A stretch of 64,000 nt of DNA, taken from positions 352,001 through 416,000 of the forward strand of contig OZ250173.1 of NCBI GenBank assembly GCA_965238075.1, given 5' to 3'. Below, one piece after another: positions 12,079-21,799 of this stretch. Numbering within the stretch: the first letter of the stretch is position 1; every line of letters begins with the position of its first letter. Origin of the DNA: Candidatus Entotheonellaceae bacterium. Lineage in GTDB: Bacteria > Tectomicrobia > Entotheonellia > Entotheonellales > Entotheonellaceae. The notes beneath the pieces were generated by a model. It saw nothing but the letters and a program-made list of their open reading frames with translations, was not told where the DNA came from and did no database searches. Position numbers and translations under genes: made by a program.

Positions 12079-13167
12079 TCAGGCATGCTGAAGAGGCTTG
12101 GCAGGCCGTCTTGCCCTGTTCTGCCGTCCCGTTTTGAAGCCCACCAGTCGTTGTTGCTCCTCATCCCATAACTTGAGTGACGCCAGGCGCCAACATTGCC
12201 CGAGTTTTATGCGCGGCGGATGTTGCAACTGTGGGATGCCTCGAAAGCAGGCCTCGAGGTTGTAATTGGGAATGCGCGCGCTCAGATGGTGGATGTGGTG
12301 AAAGCCGATATTGGCGCTGAACCACTGCAGAAGACGGGGCAACTCGAGATAGCTACTTCCCAGCAGGGCCGCTTGGTGGAAATTCCACTCGTCGTGCGGG
12401 CGCCAATAGGTGTCCTCAAATTGATGCTGCACGTAAAACAACAAGCCTCCGCAACACGACGCAATCAGCATGATGGGGACCAGGATCATCAGAAAGGACG
12501 TGAAACCGATGGTGAACGCCATCACAACGGCGACCAGCGCCAGCATGGCATTCGTCAGATGGGCGCTGCGCCACTCGCGCTTCCAAGCCGACGGGATCCT
12601 CCACGGAAAGCGGTGAAACACCAGAAAAAGCAAGAAAACGCCAATGCCAAACATGAACAGCGGGTGCCGATAAAGACGGTACAGGCGCTGTCGTGCCTTG
12701 GGGAGCGCGGCGTACTCCCTGACGGTCAAGGTTTTGACATCGCCGTGCCATCTGCGATTGAGGTCGCCGGAGGTGGCATGGTGGATGAGGTGCGTTTTGC
12801 GCCAGAAGGCGAAGGGCGCCAGCGTCAGCACGCCGAGCACGAACCCCAGCACGTTATTCGCCCTGCGCGAGGAAAAGAACGACCCGTGCGCGCAATCGTG
12901 CAGGATCATGAACAACCGCAGGTAAAAGCCGGCGGCCGGCACGGCCAGCAAGCACGTCAGCCAGTAGCCGTACTGCAGGCTATGGAACATCAGGTACCAG
13001 CACATGGCGTAGGGCAGTACCGAGGTGAGGATCTGGCAGATTGCGCGGCGCCGGCTCGAACGCTGGTAGGGCGCTAACGCCCCTCCTATCGAACTGTCCG
13101 CCGGTGGCATTTTTGCGGGGCTGGCAGCGGGTTGTACGTCCTTTTCCGGGGGATGTTTGGCAGTCAT
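12079..13167 (-). CDS. Membrane fatty-acid desaturase
   Basis: Three His boxes HDCAH, HLIHH, HHIHH; RIPNYNL; hydrophobic segments. Confidence 0.92.
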   Translation of the reverse strand: MTAKHPPEKDVQPAASPAKMPPADSSIGGALAPYQRSSRRRAICQILTSVLPYAMCWYLMFHSLQYGYWLTCLLAVPAAGFYLRLFMILHDCAHGSFFSSRRANNVLGFVLGVLTLAPFAFWRKTHLIHHATSGDLNRRWHGDVKTLTVREYAALPKARQRLYRLYRHPLFMFGIGVFLLFLVFHRFPWRIPSAWKREWRSAHLTNAMLALVAVVMAFTIGFTSFLMILVPIMLIASCCGGLLFYVQHQFEDTYWRPHDEWNFHQAALLGSSYLELPRLLQWFSANIGFHHIHHLSARIPNYNLEACFRGIPQLQHPPRIKLGQCWRLASLKLWDEEQQRLVGFKTGRQNRARRPAKPLQHA

Positions 13168-13353
13168 ATGGTGGCGGCCTGTTTAGGGGCCGTTTTTTCA
13201 GGCGGCTTGCGCCCGGTGGGAGAAAAAAGTTTGAAGGTATAGAGACCTATTTGTGAGCATGGGAGATGATGTACCGGATTTCTGCCGGTATTCTCATTTT
13301 CGACGTATCGTCGACCTCGGCGAGTGCGTCCAGTTACCACAAGACGACCTCCG

Positions 13354-13794
13354 TCATCGTGTTCGGGTTTTCAGCAGGTCGGCATCACCAATCACCACAG
13401 CCAAGATTGAAGGCTCCCCAAATTCAAAAGCGGTATTCAATCTATGCGCACCGTCGAGGCGCTCATATCCGTGTAGCCCCACCTTTAGCAGCAGGATGGG
13501 CAGGTAACGGTATTTTGTCTGCCAGTCCGCCCGGACGACGGCCAGTTTCGGGGAACGCAAGAATTTGAGAAGCGGGGCGTCTAGGTCTCTCAGTAGGACG
13601 CGCTGCGCTGGCAAGAGTTCAAGAACCGCCCTCCATCCCCTCACAAATAATTCCCCGCCGTGCTGATTCATGGAACACTTCCGAACGCGGCGGCGCTCGT
13701 CGGCAGTCGGAATGTCACCAGCTTCCCACCCCTCGATTGTGCGTTCAAGGTCGGCCCATGGTCGCATAACAGGTTGCCCTCCTCGATGCGGCAA
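13354..13794 (-). CDS. Small protein with a ParB/sulfiredoxin-like motif
   Basis: PILL...LDGAHRL.TA...G...I.AVV; start uncertain. Confidence 0.5.
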   Translation of the reverse strand: MPHRGGQPVMRPWADLERTIEGWEAGDIPTADERRRVRKCSMNQHGGELFVRGWRAVLELLPAQRVLLRDLDAPLLKFLRSPKLAVVRADWQTKYRYLPILLLKVGLHGYERLDGAHRLNTAFEFGEPSILAVVIGDADLLKTRTR

Positions 13795-13932
13795 TCACCC
13801 TGCCGTCAGCACTCGGCGCTGCAATCGCTTCCGCACAGGATGTTGCGCCGCTATACTGTGGCGTCCTCGGCAAGTCTCGAATTTTGACGACTCGAACCTT
13901 CATTGCCTCACATTCTCATTGCGTCCTGCATC

Positions 13933-14253
13933 TCAATCGGCATCACCAATCGGCAGCCAGCACACCTTAATCTCCGTCTCCCCCAACTCTCGTGCCAGCA
14001 AGAGCCGCGAATGACCTTCAAGGTCGTCTATCCGTGGTGGTCGGCCTCGCCGCCGTTGCAATAGTATCGGCCAGCGGCGATGTTTCGGCCAGTTCCCCCT
14101 CATCCTGCCCTGAGTCCATTTCGGGGTCGTTTGCGGGAGAGGGCGATTTAATACCCTAAGCGCAAGGATACACTTTCCGTGTCCGCGCAGCTTGCTTCTC
14201 AGTCCAACATGGCGGTAAAGCGTGACAGGTTTGACACGGATTCTCGGTGGCAA
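13933..14253 (-). CDS. Second small ParB/sulfiredoxin-like protein
   Basis: PILL...LEGHSRLLLARELGETEIKV; start uncertain. Confidence 0.45.
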   Translation of the reverse strand: MPPRIRVKPVTLYRHVGLRSKLRGHGKCILALRVLNRPLPQTTPKWTQGRMRGNWPKHRRWPILLQRRRGRPPRIDDLEGHSRLLLARELGETEIKVCWLPIGDAD

Positions 14254-14723
14254 CGGATATGTCCCGACTTTTCATCGTAGCTTGAAGAGGCGGACTTGGA
14301 CCTTTCGTTCCCTGGCACAGGCGGCGAAGATGCCGAAAACGAGGCATCCGGTCACTATTGTCGTATCGATCCGCTCGTCGTTGAATAGCACTGGCGCCCT
14401 TAAGAGGGTATTAGCCCGATTCGTGGAAAAATGCACGGCAAGAAACGATAAAGCCAAGAATTTCAACGCCATTCTCTTGAGGTTTGCCGAGGCAACCTCC
14501 GCTCCCGGGAATCTCGTTCCCACCCGCACGGCTCGGTGTCTGCAAGAGTGCTATCGTCAAGATAACCGGCGTGTTACAGCCTCCCGTGCATCATTTCATC
14601 GACTCAAGAAACGTCAAGCCGAGTCCTTAACGGGCAAAATTACACCAATCGGGGTGGTACCCTTACAACAAGCATGCGGTGCGTTCGCACGGGGTGAGGT
14701 TGAAAGAATGAAGGGGGGATGTG

Positions 14724-14891
14724 ATGGCGAAGGATTACGAGGCGGCGGAAGCGTTGGCCGCAAGGTTGATGGAAATCGAGGCTGAGATAAGCAAGCAAGG
14801 GCACAAGTTGGACGCGGTTGCGCGGGAAGTCGAGGCGGTGGAGAACACGGTGGGGGTGCTCGTCGAGGCGCTAGAGGCGACGGGGGGGTGA
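14724..14891 (+). CDS. 55-aa coiled-coil-like small protein (below the ORF-track cutoff)
   Basis: MAKDYEAAEALAARLMEIEAEISKQGHKLDAVAREVEAVENTVGVLVEALEATGG; G-rich RBS; TGATG overlap with the next ORF. Confidence 0.55.
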   Translation: MAKDYEAAEALAARLMEIEAEISKQGHKLDAVAREVEAVENTVGVLVEALEATGG

Positions 14892-15076
14892 TGAGTGACG
14901 ATAAGGAAGTAACGCGGGCCGAACTGGAAGGCTTGTTGTGGGAGTGGATCAAAGACAGGACGCATGAGGATGACCAGAAGATAGCCGTTGCGCGTCTCTT
15001 GCATGAGTCTATCAGTGTAAGGGAGCGGATGCGCTCAGGGGCGCACAATGACGCGCGAGGGCCGCTTGCAGGATAA
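14891..15076 (+). CDS. Small hypothetical phage-like protein
   Basis: Translationally coupled to the previous ORF; lies upstream of the terminase remnant. Confidence 0.45.
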   Translation: MSDDKEVTRAELEGLLWEWIKDRTHEDDQKIAVARLLHESISVRERMRSGAHNDARGPLAG

Positions 15077-15152
15077 AATGGGAGCCCACGGCGCCAGCCG
15101 ACTAGGGAAGGTAACGGAAGGGTGGCCTTTTGTGTAACGAGAAGGGCGATAG

Positions 15153-16281
15153 AGGTGATTGAACTCCGACCTTTTCAACACCAATTCATCCGTGAGGCGA
15201 CGGCGCCGGGCATTTGGCTGCCCGTGTTCTTTCTCCTGACGACCCCCTTTTTGTCCCCGGCACTGAGTCTGTCCTATGCGCAGCGTCCATCGAACAGGCA
15301 AGAATCACGTTCAGGTTTGCCCGCGGTGAGTTAGAGCCGAGAGGCGGGTATAGGTTCCTGGATTCTCACACGCGGATTGGGATAACGCACCGGGACACCA
15401 ACACGCGCTTGCGGGTGATTGGTTCCAATGGCCGGACGGCTATGGGGCTTGTCGAGTGTCCCTGGGCGATATGCGACGAACCGGGCGCATGGGAAACCAA
15501 CGGCGGACAACTACTGCATGACGCCATAGAGACGGCGAAGGGCAAGCCGGGCTCGCCATTGCGGGCACTGCACCTTGGCACCTTGGCGCCTGCCGAAAGT
15601 GGTTGGTGGCATGACCTGGTTGACGGTGGAAGCCATAACACGACCTATGTTCAAGCCTTGCGCGGGGATCCCGAGAAGTGGGATCAGTGGCAGGAAATAC
15701 GACGATGCAATCCGTTGACGGCCGTATCGGCTGCGTTTCGCCAGAAGCTATTGCAGGAACGCGACGCGGCGCGGCGTGATAGTCGGCTCAAGGCGCGGTT
15801 CCTGTCATACCGTCTCAACATACCAAGCGCCGACGAAGCCACCATGTTGTTGCATGTAGACGATTGGCAGCGGGTGCTAGACAGACCTGTACCACGGCGC
15901 GAAGGGCGGCCCATATTTGCCTATGACCTTGGCGGCGGCCGGGCGTGGTCGGCTGCGGTGGTGTTGTGGCGCAATGGTCGAGTTGAAGCGTTGGCGGTGG
16001 CGCCCGGCATCCCTGGCATTGACGAGCAAGAAGCGGGACCGGATGGCGCGGGGAACGTACCGTATGCTGCTACAGAACGGCTCCCTGCACGTTGCTGAGG
16101 GCCTGCGGGTAACAGCCACCTGCTGCGCTTCATGGTGCTGCATGCCGAGCGTTTGGGGTGCCTGATGGCATAATCTGCGATAGGTTTCGGCTCGGAGAAT
16201 TGCGCGACGTTGTGGGCGCGGTAGGTGTTTACCCGCGTATAGCAAGATGGAGTGATGCGACGGCGGACATACGGGCCTTGC
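15153..16281 (+). pseudogene. Phage terminase large subunit remnant
   Basis: LRPFQ N-terminus, AASIEQAR, Walker-B-like ICDE, nuclease-like YDLGG; Walker A segment missing; frameshifts; cut by the Tn3 IR at 16282. Confidence 0.75.
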
Positions 16282-16301
16282 GGGGTCGGTTGCGGAAAAG
16301 G

Positions 16302-16567
16302 GTAGAGTCGGCGACTGGCGCGGTTGCGGTAGGCGGACGGGGGTAGCTGTTCCCGGCGGCTTTCGCAATGCCGGTGCCTCACTCCTCGCCGTGGCTCCGT
16401 TTCCAGTCGCCGCTCTCCGGTAGGGTCGAAAACTGGCGCGGTAGCCACAGGGGCGGGGAGTCGCAGTTGGCCGGAGGCTTTCGCCATCTCCCGGTGCCTC
16501 AGTCCGCCCCTTAACTCCGTTTCCAGCTTCCGCCACGTCGTACGCAGCATGCGGATTTCCCGCACTA
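16302..16567 (-). ncRNA. Two stacked group II intron 3' remnants (D5/D6)
   Basis: GCGGGAAATCCGCATGCTGCG...GGAAACGG...ACCGCGCCAGTTTTCGACCCTAC followed by a second ...GGAAACGG...ACCGCGCCAGTCGCCGACTCTAC. Confidence 0.8.
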
Positions 16568-16600
16568 GGCCTTTGAGTAGTAATGGAACAGAAAATAGTG

Positions 16601-17272
16601 TTAAGCGTTGCTGAGTTGACGGCCGGCGTCTTTCGGCGACCCGGTGCCGTTGGCGTATTGACCTCGGGGCATGAGATGGCGAGAGCGCATGAAATGATAG
16701 AGCGTCGAGTGGTCTACTCCGGTGATCTTGGCAATCGACGCCTTTGAGACCTTGAGGTCCAGGAGCCTTTGAATTTCGTCTTCCTTGCCATTGAATCTTG
16801 ACTGCCCCAATTGTCCCTTTGGACGCCCCAGGCGTTTACCCGAAGCCCGTGCTGCCGCCAGTCCTTCCTTCGTTCGCATGGAAATGAGTTCCCGCTCGAT
16901 TTCCGCAAACAAGCCGAACAACGTCACCATGACCTTGCTGTGCAAATCCTGCTTGCCCGCCAGACGAATGCCTTCCTTGATCGCCAGAAACCGGACCTGT
17001 TGCTTCAGCAAGGCATCCACCGTGGCAATCACCTCGCCTACCGAGCGGCCCATGCGGCTCAACTCGCTGACAACGAGGGTGTCGCCCGGCTCCAGCCGTG
17101 CCATCCAGAGGTCGATCTGTCGTGCTTTGGGCGAGCGCCTCGACGACACGCTGAGCTCCATGAAGGCGCTGACCTCGAACTTTTCCTGGCGGGCAAACTC
17201 CAGGATCGCCAGGCGTTGATTTCCGACATCCTGCGAGTCCTTCGAGACGCGTAAATAGGCGATCGTCTTCAT
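16601..17272 (-). CDS. Serine recombinase / resolvase
   Basis: IAYLRVS, SELSRMGRS, LFAEIERELIS, LGRP, C-terminal HTH. Confidence 0.92.
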   Translation of the reverse strand: MKTIAYLRVSKDSQDVGNQRLAILEFARQEKFEVSAFMELSVSSRRSPKARQIDLWMARLEPGDTLVVSELSRMGRSVGEVIATVDALLKQQVRFLAIKEGIRLAGKQDLHSKVMVTLFGLFAEIERELISMRTKEGLAAARASGKRLGRPKGQLGQSRFNGKEDEIQRLLDLKVSKASIAKITGVDHSTLYHFMRSRHLMPRGQYANGTGSPKDAGRQLSNA

Positions 17273-17624
17273 GGCGCGGCCATTCTGTGGAAGCTATCCT
17301 TTATTTGGGACTATTTCCTACGGTATGGATGGAGTAATCCTGAGCCTTTCCTTTCGGCATATCCGTTTGGAAGAAACGTTCGTTTTGTCCTGACAAGTCA
17401 TGGCCGCCATCGACCCTGAGAGCCCCTCTCGTTTGATCCGAGGCACCGGGTTCCCGGAAACTGAAGGCATGATTGATTGGAAGTTTGCCAACAGTATCCG
17501 GTCCTTTGATGACACGGCGCCCCACCGGTTGATCCATCCAGGCTTACAAGAGGTCATCCAGTCAGAGTTCGCCCCCGTGTACAATTCTTTGTACAAATCT
17601 TGCGATGATGCCAGCATCTCTACA

Positions 17625-19094
17625 TCAACGTATGTCCGTCCACGGCTGGGGGATTCTCAGCGAGATATGGAAGCTCTGAATAGGATCGAGACCGACGGTG
17701 ACCTCGATATCCAGCAGCCGGGCGAGGGCCTGCACGATTGACAGCCCCAGTCCCCCGTGCTGCTGGGCAGATCGAGCGGGATCCTTTTGCCAGAAACGGT
17801 CGAACAGGTAGGGCAGATCGGATTCGACAAGTTCGTCCGAGCGGTTGGCGATGGTCAATTTCACGCACCCCTTCTCTTGGGTAGCAAAACAGCGAATGCC
17901 TTGTCCCCGTTTGCCATGGACGATTGCGTTGGATAACAGGTTGGTGACCATAAGCCGCAACTTGTCGCGATCCGTTTCCACTGTGCAGTCATCCGCAACC
18001 TCCAGGTGCAACGAAACGGTCCGCTCGGCGGCCTGTGTCTTGAGATCCTGCCAACAGCCTTGAACCAGGGAAGCCAGTAAAAACCGGCTTTTGTCGGCCA
18101 TCTCGATGCCCGCCTCCATGCGCGATAGCGACAGCAGGTTGACGACTATGCACTCCATCTGGTTGGCGATCTCACGAGTATCCTCGAAGTACTGGCGCAC
18201 GGCCGATACGTCGTCTGGCCAACGAAAACCGATTTCCGACAAGTTGCGCAACTCAGCTATCGGGGTTCGTAATTCATGTGCGAGGTTGCTCGACAGTGCC
18301 CGTTCGCGAGCGAAGGCTATATTCAGACGTTCAAGCAAATCGTTCAGGTACTCCAAGAGCGGCACGAGTTCCTTCGGTTGGAAAAGGAGAGAAATCCGCG
18401 CGTCGAGCGATTCAGCGTCGAGTTCGCGGATCTGCCGGGTCACGATTCCCAGCGGTCGCAGTCCGATACGAAGCGCGGCTGCGACCAGCCAGGCAAGGAA
18501 AGCCAGGAAGGTGACCACAAAGCCGGCAAGGAAAAGAATCAGTGTCCTGAACTGGGCATCAAGGTGCTCCCGGCTGCGAGCCACAGCGATGGATGCCACA
18601 TGCAAACCCGTATTGGCGCCGATTCTGGTCGGATCGAGTGGAACATCGACATCCACACCGTTGTCGTCGTCAATTTGCGGTACGAAGTCCAGTTGGATCA
18701 ATCGCCCGCGATGACCATCCGGCAGTTCCAGGTTGAGAAATCTCGGCTGTGGGAGGCGAGGGCTGAGGTGAGGGAGGTTGAGGACGCCGAGGGACCGGGA
18801 ACGCTCGAGTACATGTTCGTCGTCGATCCAGAGCTGGAAGTACTCCGGCTTTTGAATTCGTTCGAACTCCGGCATGTATTCGTCGGCGAAATTGAACTCG
18901 ACTCCGGATATATCCTGCTCTGTCAGGGTCATCAACGCCCTGGCCTTACTCTCCAAAGCCTGATCGAATTCCCGTTGCAGCCAGTCCTCGATTATCAGGT
19001 ACAAGATAACGGTCACCAGCAGCAAGAGCAGACCTGCCCCGGAGAGCAGCCATCGCCTCAACCTGTGATGAATTGACCACTCTCTATGTCTCAT
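17625..19094 (-). CDS. Sensor histidine kinase (CusS/QseC-like)
   Basis: Two TM segments, HAMP, AHELRTP, NLLSNA, LFDRFW, GLGLSI. Confidence 0.92.
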   Translation of the reverse strand: MRHREWSIHHRLRRWLLSGAGLLLLLVTVILYLIIEDWLQREFDQALESKARALMTLTEQDISGVEFNFADEYMPEFERIQKPEYFQLWIDDEHVLERSRSLGVLNLPHLSPRLPQPRFLNLELPDGHRGRLIQLDFVPQIDDDNGVDVDVPLDPTRIGANTGLHVASIAVARSREHLDAQFRTLILFLAGFVVTFLAFLAWLVAAALRIGLRPLGIVTRQIRELDAESLDARISLLFQPKELVPLLEYLNDLLERLNIAFARERALSSNLAHELRTPIAELRNLSEIGFRWPDDVSAVRQYFEDTREIANQMECIVVNLLSLSRMEAGIEMADKSRFLLASLVQGCWQDLKTQAAERTVSLHLEVADDCTVETDRDKLRLMVTNLLSNAIVHGKRGQGIRCFATQEKGCVKLTIANRSDELVESDLPYLFDRFWQKDPARSAQQHGGLGLSIVQALARLLDIEVTVGLDPIQSFHISLRIPQPWTDIR

Positions 19095-19761
19095 GAAGGG
19101 TCGCTACCAGATAGCCGTAGCCGCGACGCGTGACGATGACAGGAGGCTCACCGGGGATCTGGATCTTCTTGCGCAAACTCGAAACCAGAACCTCGACAAC
19201 GTTGCTCGAAACTTCGGCATCGCTGGGATAGAGCCGATCCAGCAGAACTGACTTGGAAAAGATATGGCCAGGGCGCAGGGCAAGCACGTGGAGGAGTTTG
19301 TATTCGGATGGCGTCACATGAATGAGTTTCCCGGCTCGCTCCACCTGCTTTCGCACGATGTCTATCACGACTGGACCAATTTCAATCCGGGTTTTTTTCT
19401 GTTCGTAGCGGCGCCGAATCAGAGCGTGAAGCCGTGCGCACAGCTCGTCGAAGTCAAAAGGTTTGACCAGATAGTCATCCGCGCCCATCTCCAACCCGCA
19501 AATCCTGTCCTCGACCTGATCCCTGGCAGAGAGAATAAGCACATGAGTCTGATGGGTTTTTCTGATCGTCTCCAAGACGTCGAGGCCGCTGATGCCGGGC
19601 AGCATGAGGTCCAGCACGACGACGTCATATTCGTAGGCGCGCAAGTAGCCCAGACCTTCGACGCCGTCGGCAGCAAGATCCACCGCGAAGTTGGCTCTCT
19701 TGAGGCCGTGCCCAAGCGACCGCCGCAAGCGCTCGGAATCCTCGATTACCAGAACCTTCAT
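19084..19761 (-). CDS. OmpR-family response regulator
   Basis: VLVIED, LDLMLP, GADDYLVKPF, TRRGYGY; overlaps the kinase start. Confidence 0.93.
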   Translation of the reverse strand: MKVLVIEDSERLRRSLGHGLKRANFAVDLAADGVEGLGYLRAYEYDVVVLDLMLPGISGLDVLETIRKTHQTHVLILSARDQVEDRICGLEMGADDYLVKPFDFDELCARLHALIRRRYEQKKTRIEIGPVVIDIVRKQVERAGKLIHVTPSEYKLLHVLALRPGHIFSKSVLLDRLYPSDAEVSSNVVEVLVSSLRKKIQIPGEPPVIVTRRGYGYLVATLHET

Positions 19762-20009
19762 GGATGTCTCCTCTTGCCGACCTGGGAAATTTGCCAAGGC
19801 TCCAGGCGCTTTCGTTGCGACGCACCCGCACCAAAGCGTGCTTGTGGTCCTCCGTGCCGGCTCGGGTGGTGCGGCCAGTACTCGGCGCCGACTCCCGGAC
19901 GCCGGGTTCTCTGGTTCAAGGGCTCGAAGCGCCGGCCAACCGGCCATCTGGCGTCGACCGATGCGGGACTCCGCAACTCTCGACGATCAGACCTGCCTCC
20001 ATTTGTACG

Positions 20010-20717
20010 TCACCATGCGTATTGCAGGCCGAGGAAGAATCCAAACTCATTGTAGTTTCCGATTTCGCGGCTCAGGTTTTCATCGACGCTATCAATGGTC
20101 GTCGTTGCCGATACGTCCACCTTGCCAAAGTGGTAATCATCCTGGATGCCCAATTCCAAGCGTAGGCGATCGGATAAGTCGTAACGCAAGCCGGCACCAA
20201 ATGTCGGTACCATCTCCCACCCACTGCCGGCATGGACTCGATAGTCGCCACCGTCGACCAAATCGCCTCTCACCCCGCCATACGTGAAATAGGCCAGCCC
20301 CAGACCAGCGGACGCGAAAACGCTGGTTCTGCCGCCATCAAAAGGTCGCCATGACCTTTCTGCGCGTACGCCGAGAACGTGAAACCGGGCGCTGGAATCG
20401 ATCTCCGTCGTCTTTCCGAAAGCGTCTCTGTCGTTGGTCACCAAGCCGAGAACTCTTGTAGCGGGCACCTCGAAATCGAGCATTCGGAGACCGTAGTATA
20501 AATCGAACGCTATGCTTTCTTTCCATGGATAGCGCAGATAAATCTCACTACCCAATGCATCGTTGCCCGGCTTGCCATTGCCGAGTTGCACTATCCCCCG
20601 CAAGCCTACGGAAAATTCGTCTTCGTCTGCCGCTGCTGGGACTGCGGAAAAGGCCGCCGTGCACAGAAGAGCGATGACAAAACAGATATTCCAATGTCGT
20701 GTGATTCTCGTCTTCAT
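20010..20717 (-). CDS. Exported outer-membrane beta-barrel-like protein
   Basis: Signal peptide ending PAAA, amphipathic strands, C-terminal FFLGLQYAW. Confidence 0.7.
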   Translation of the reverse strand: MKTRITRHWNICFVIALLCTAAFSAVPAAADEDEFSVGLRGIVQLGNGKPGNDALGSEIYLRYPWKESIAFDLYYGLRMLDFEVPATRVLGLVTNDRDAFGKTTEIDSSARFHVLGVRAERSWRPFDGGRTSVFASAGLGLAYFTYGGVRGDLVDGGDYRVHAGSGWEMVPTFGAGLRYDLSDRLRLELGIQDDYHFGKVDVSATTTIDSVDENLSREIGNYNEFGFFLGLQYAW

Positions 20718-21106
20718 TTGAAGCTGTCCTCCCGTTTCCTGCCGGTATAGAAACTTGCGAACTGAACCTTGTCGCCGAAACCACGTTGGCGGTTGTCTTC
20801 TTGTATTTAATTCCATCAACCTGAAGATTTGCTGAACATTCGCGGCCCGGCAACGTCTCTGCGAACGAAAGCGGAACTGAGGTGGCGCGCGCCCCGCCCT
20901 CGACCCCGACGTTGCCCCCTGGCGCAAACGACCACGGCTACGCCCGGTACGGGGACCAAGCAGCAGGATTCCTTAACGACCAAAATTGTTCCATTGCTAT
21001 CGGAAAGCCAACATGGCCCCATTGCGTCCGGTCGGCGGCGTGTGGCAAGGTATCCGGGCGCGTGAATCGCCACGCGCCAATGGTTTGCTCACAGGGAGGA
21101 TGCAGG

Positions 21107-21550
21107 ATGCAGAAACGTCGCTTCATGGGTATTGGTATCACTGTTCTGGGTGGTCTTTTGTTGCTGTCTGTGCCCGACGAGAGCGTGGCGGGCGCCCACC
21201 TCATCTACGAAAGAATCGGTTACCAGTCTGGTGTGGAAACCGTGGTCGATTATTTCCTTGCCAATGTCGGCAGGGATAACCGGGTCAACGGTCGTTTCGC
21301 CGACACGGACATGGCCCAACTCAGAGGCTACCTGATCGACCAGGTGTGTGAAGCCACTGACGGCCCGTGCACCTATAAGGGGAAAAACATGCGGGAGGCC
21401 CATGCGGGCATGGGAATTACCGAGGCGGAGTTTGCCATCATCGCCGGGCATTTCGCCGCGGCGATGGAGAAGGCCGGTGTCAGCGCGTCGGATCACGCCG
21501 CGATTATGGGTGTGCTCTCGGGCATGCACGACGACATCGTTGGGCACTGA
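21107..21550 (+). CDS. Group I truncated hemoglobin with an N-terminal signal-like sequence
   Basis: YERIG, GPCTYKGKNMREAHAGMGITEAEF. Confidence 0.88.
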   Translation: MQKRRFMGIGITVLGGLLLLSVPDESVAGAHLIYERIGYQSGVETVVDYFLANVGRDNRVNGRFADTDMAQLRGYLIDQVCEATDGPCTYKGKNMREAHAGMGITEAEFAIIAGHFAAAMEKAGVSASDHAAIMGVLSGMHDDIVGH

Positions 21551-21799
21551 CCCTAAGCGCTTATCAGAACCTGCCCGCATCGCCCCCAGTCGGCGACGTG
21601 TGGCAGGGTATTCGGGCGCGCTTGTAGCGCGCCAATAGCTTGAAGGTATGCCGCCCCGGTCGCCGGAAGGTCGCCGACGGTGCCGGGGCGGTCGCGTCGG
21701 ATCGCGCTTTTCACCGGCCATCAAGCCGACCCCACCAGGCCGGAATGTTGACATATCATCCCTTATTGGAAGTTGGGAGAAAGTTGTGAGCGTACGTAC

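Larger units (their letters stand above)
16568..21009 (-). mobile_element. Transposase-less cassette bounded by imperfect 38-bp Tn3-like IRs
   Basis: GGCCTTTGAGTAGTAATGGAACAGAAAATAGTGTTAAG (16568-16605) versus GGCTTTCCGATAGCAATGGAACAATTTTGGTCGTTAAG (reverse complement of 20972-21009). Confidence 0.6.

Noticed and set aside
21552-21587. Possible Tn3-like IR after the globin gene
   Set aside because: It has a GGGG start but the wrong length and spacing to TAAG, and no partner.
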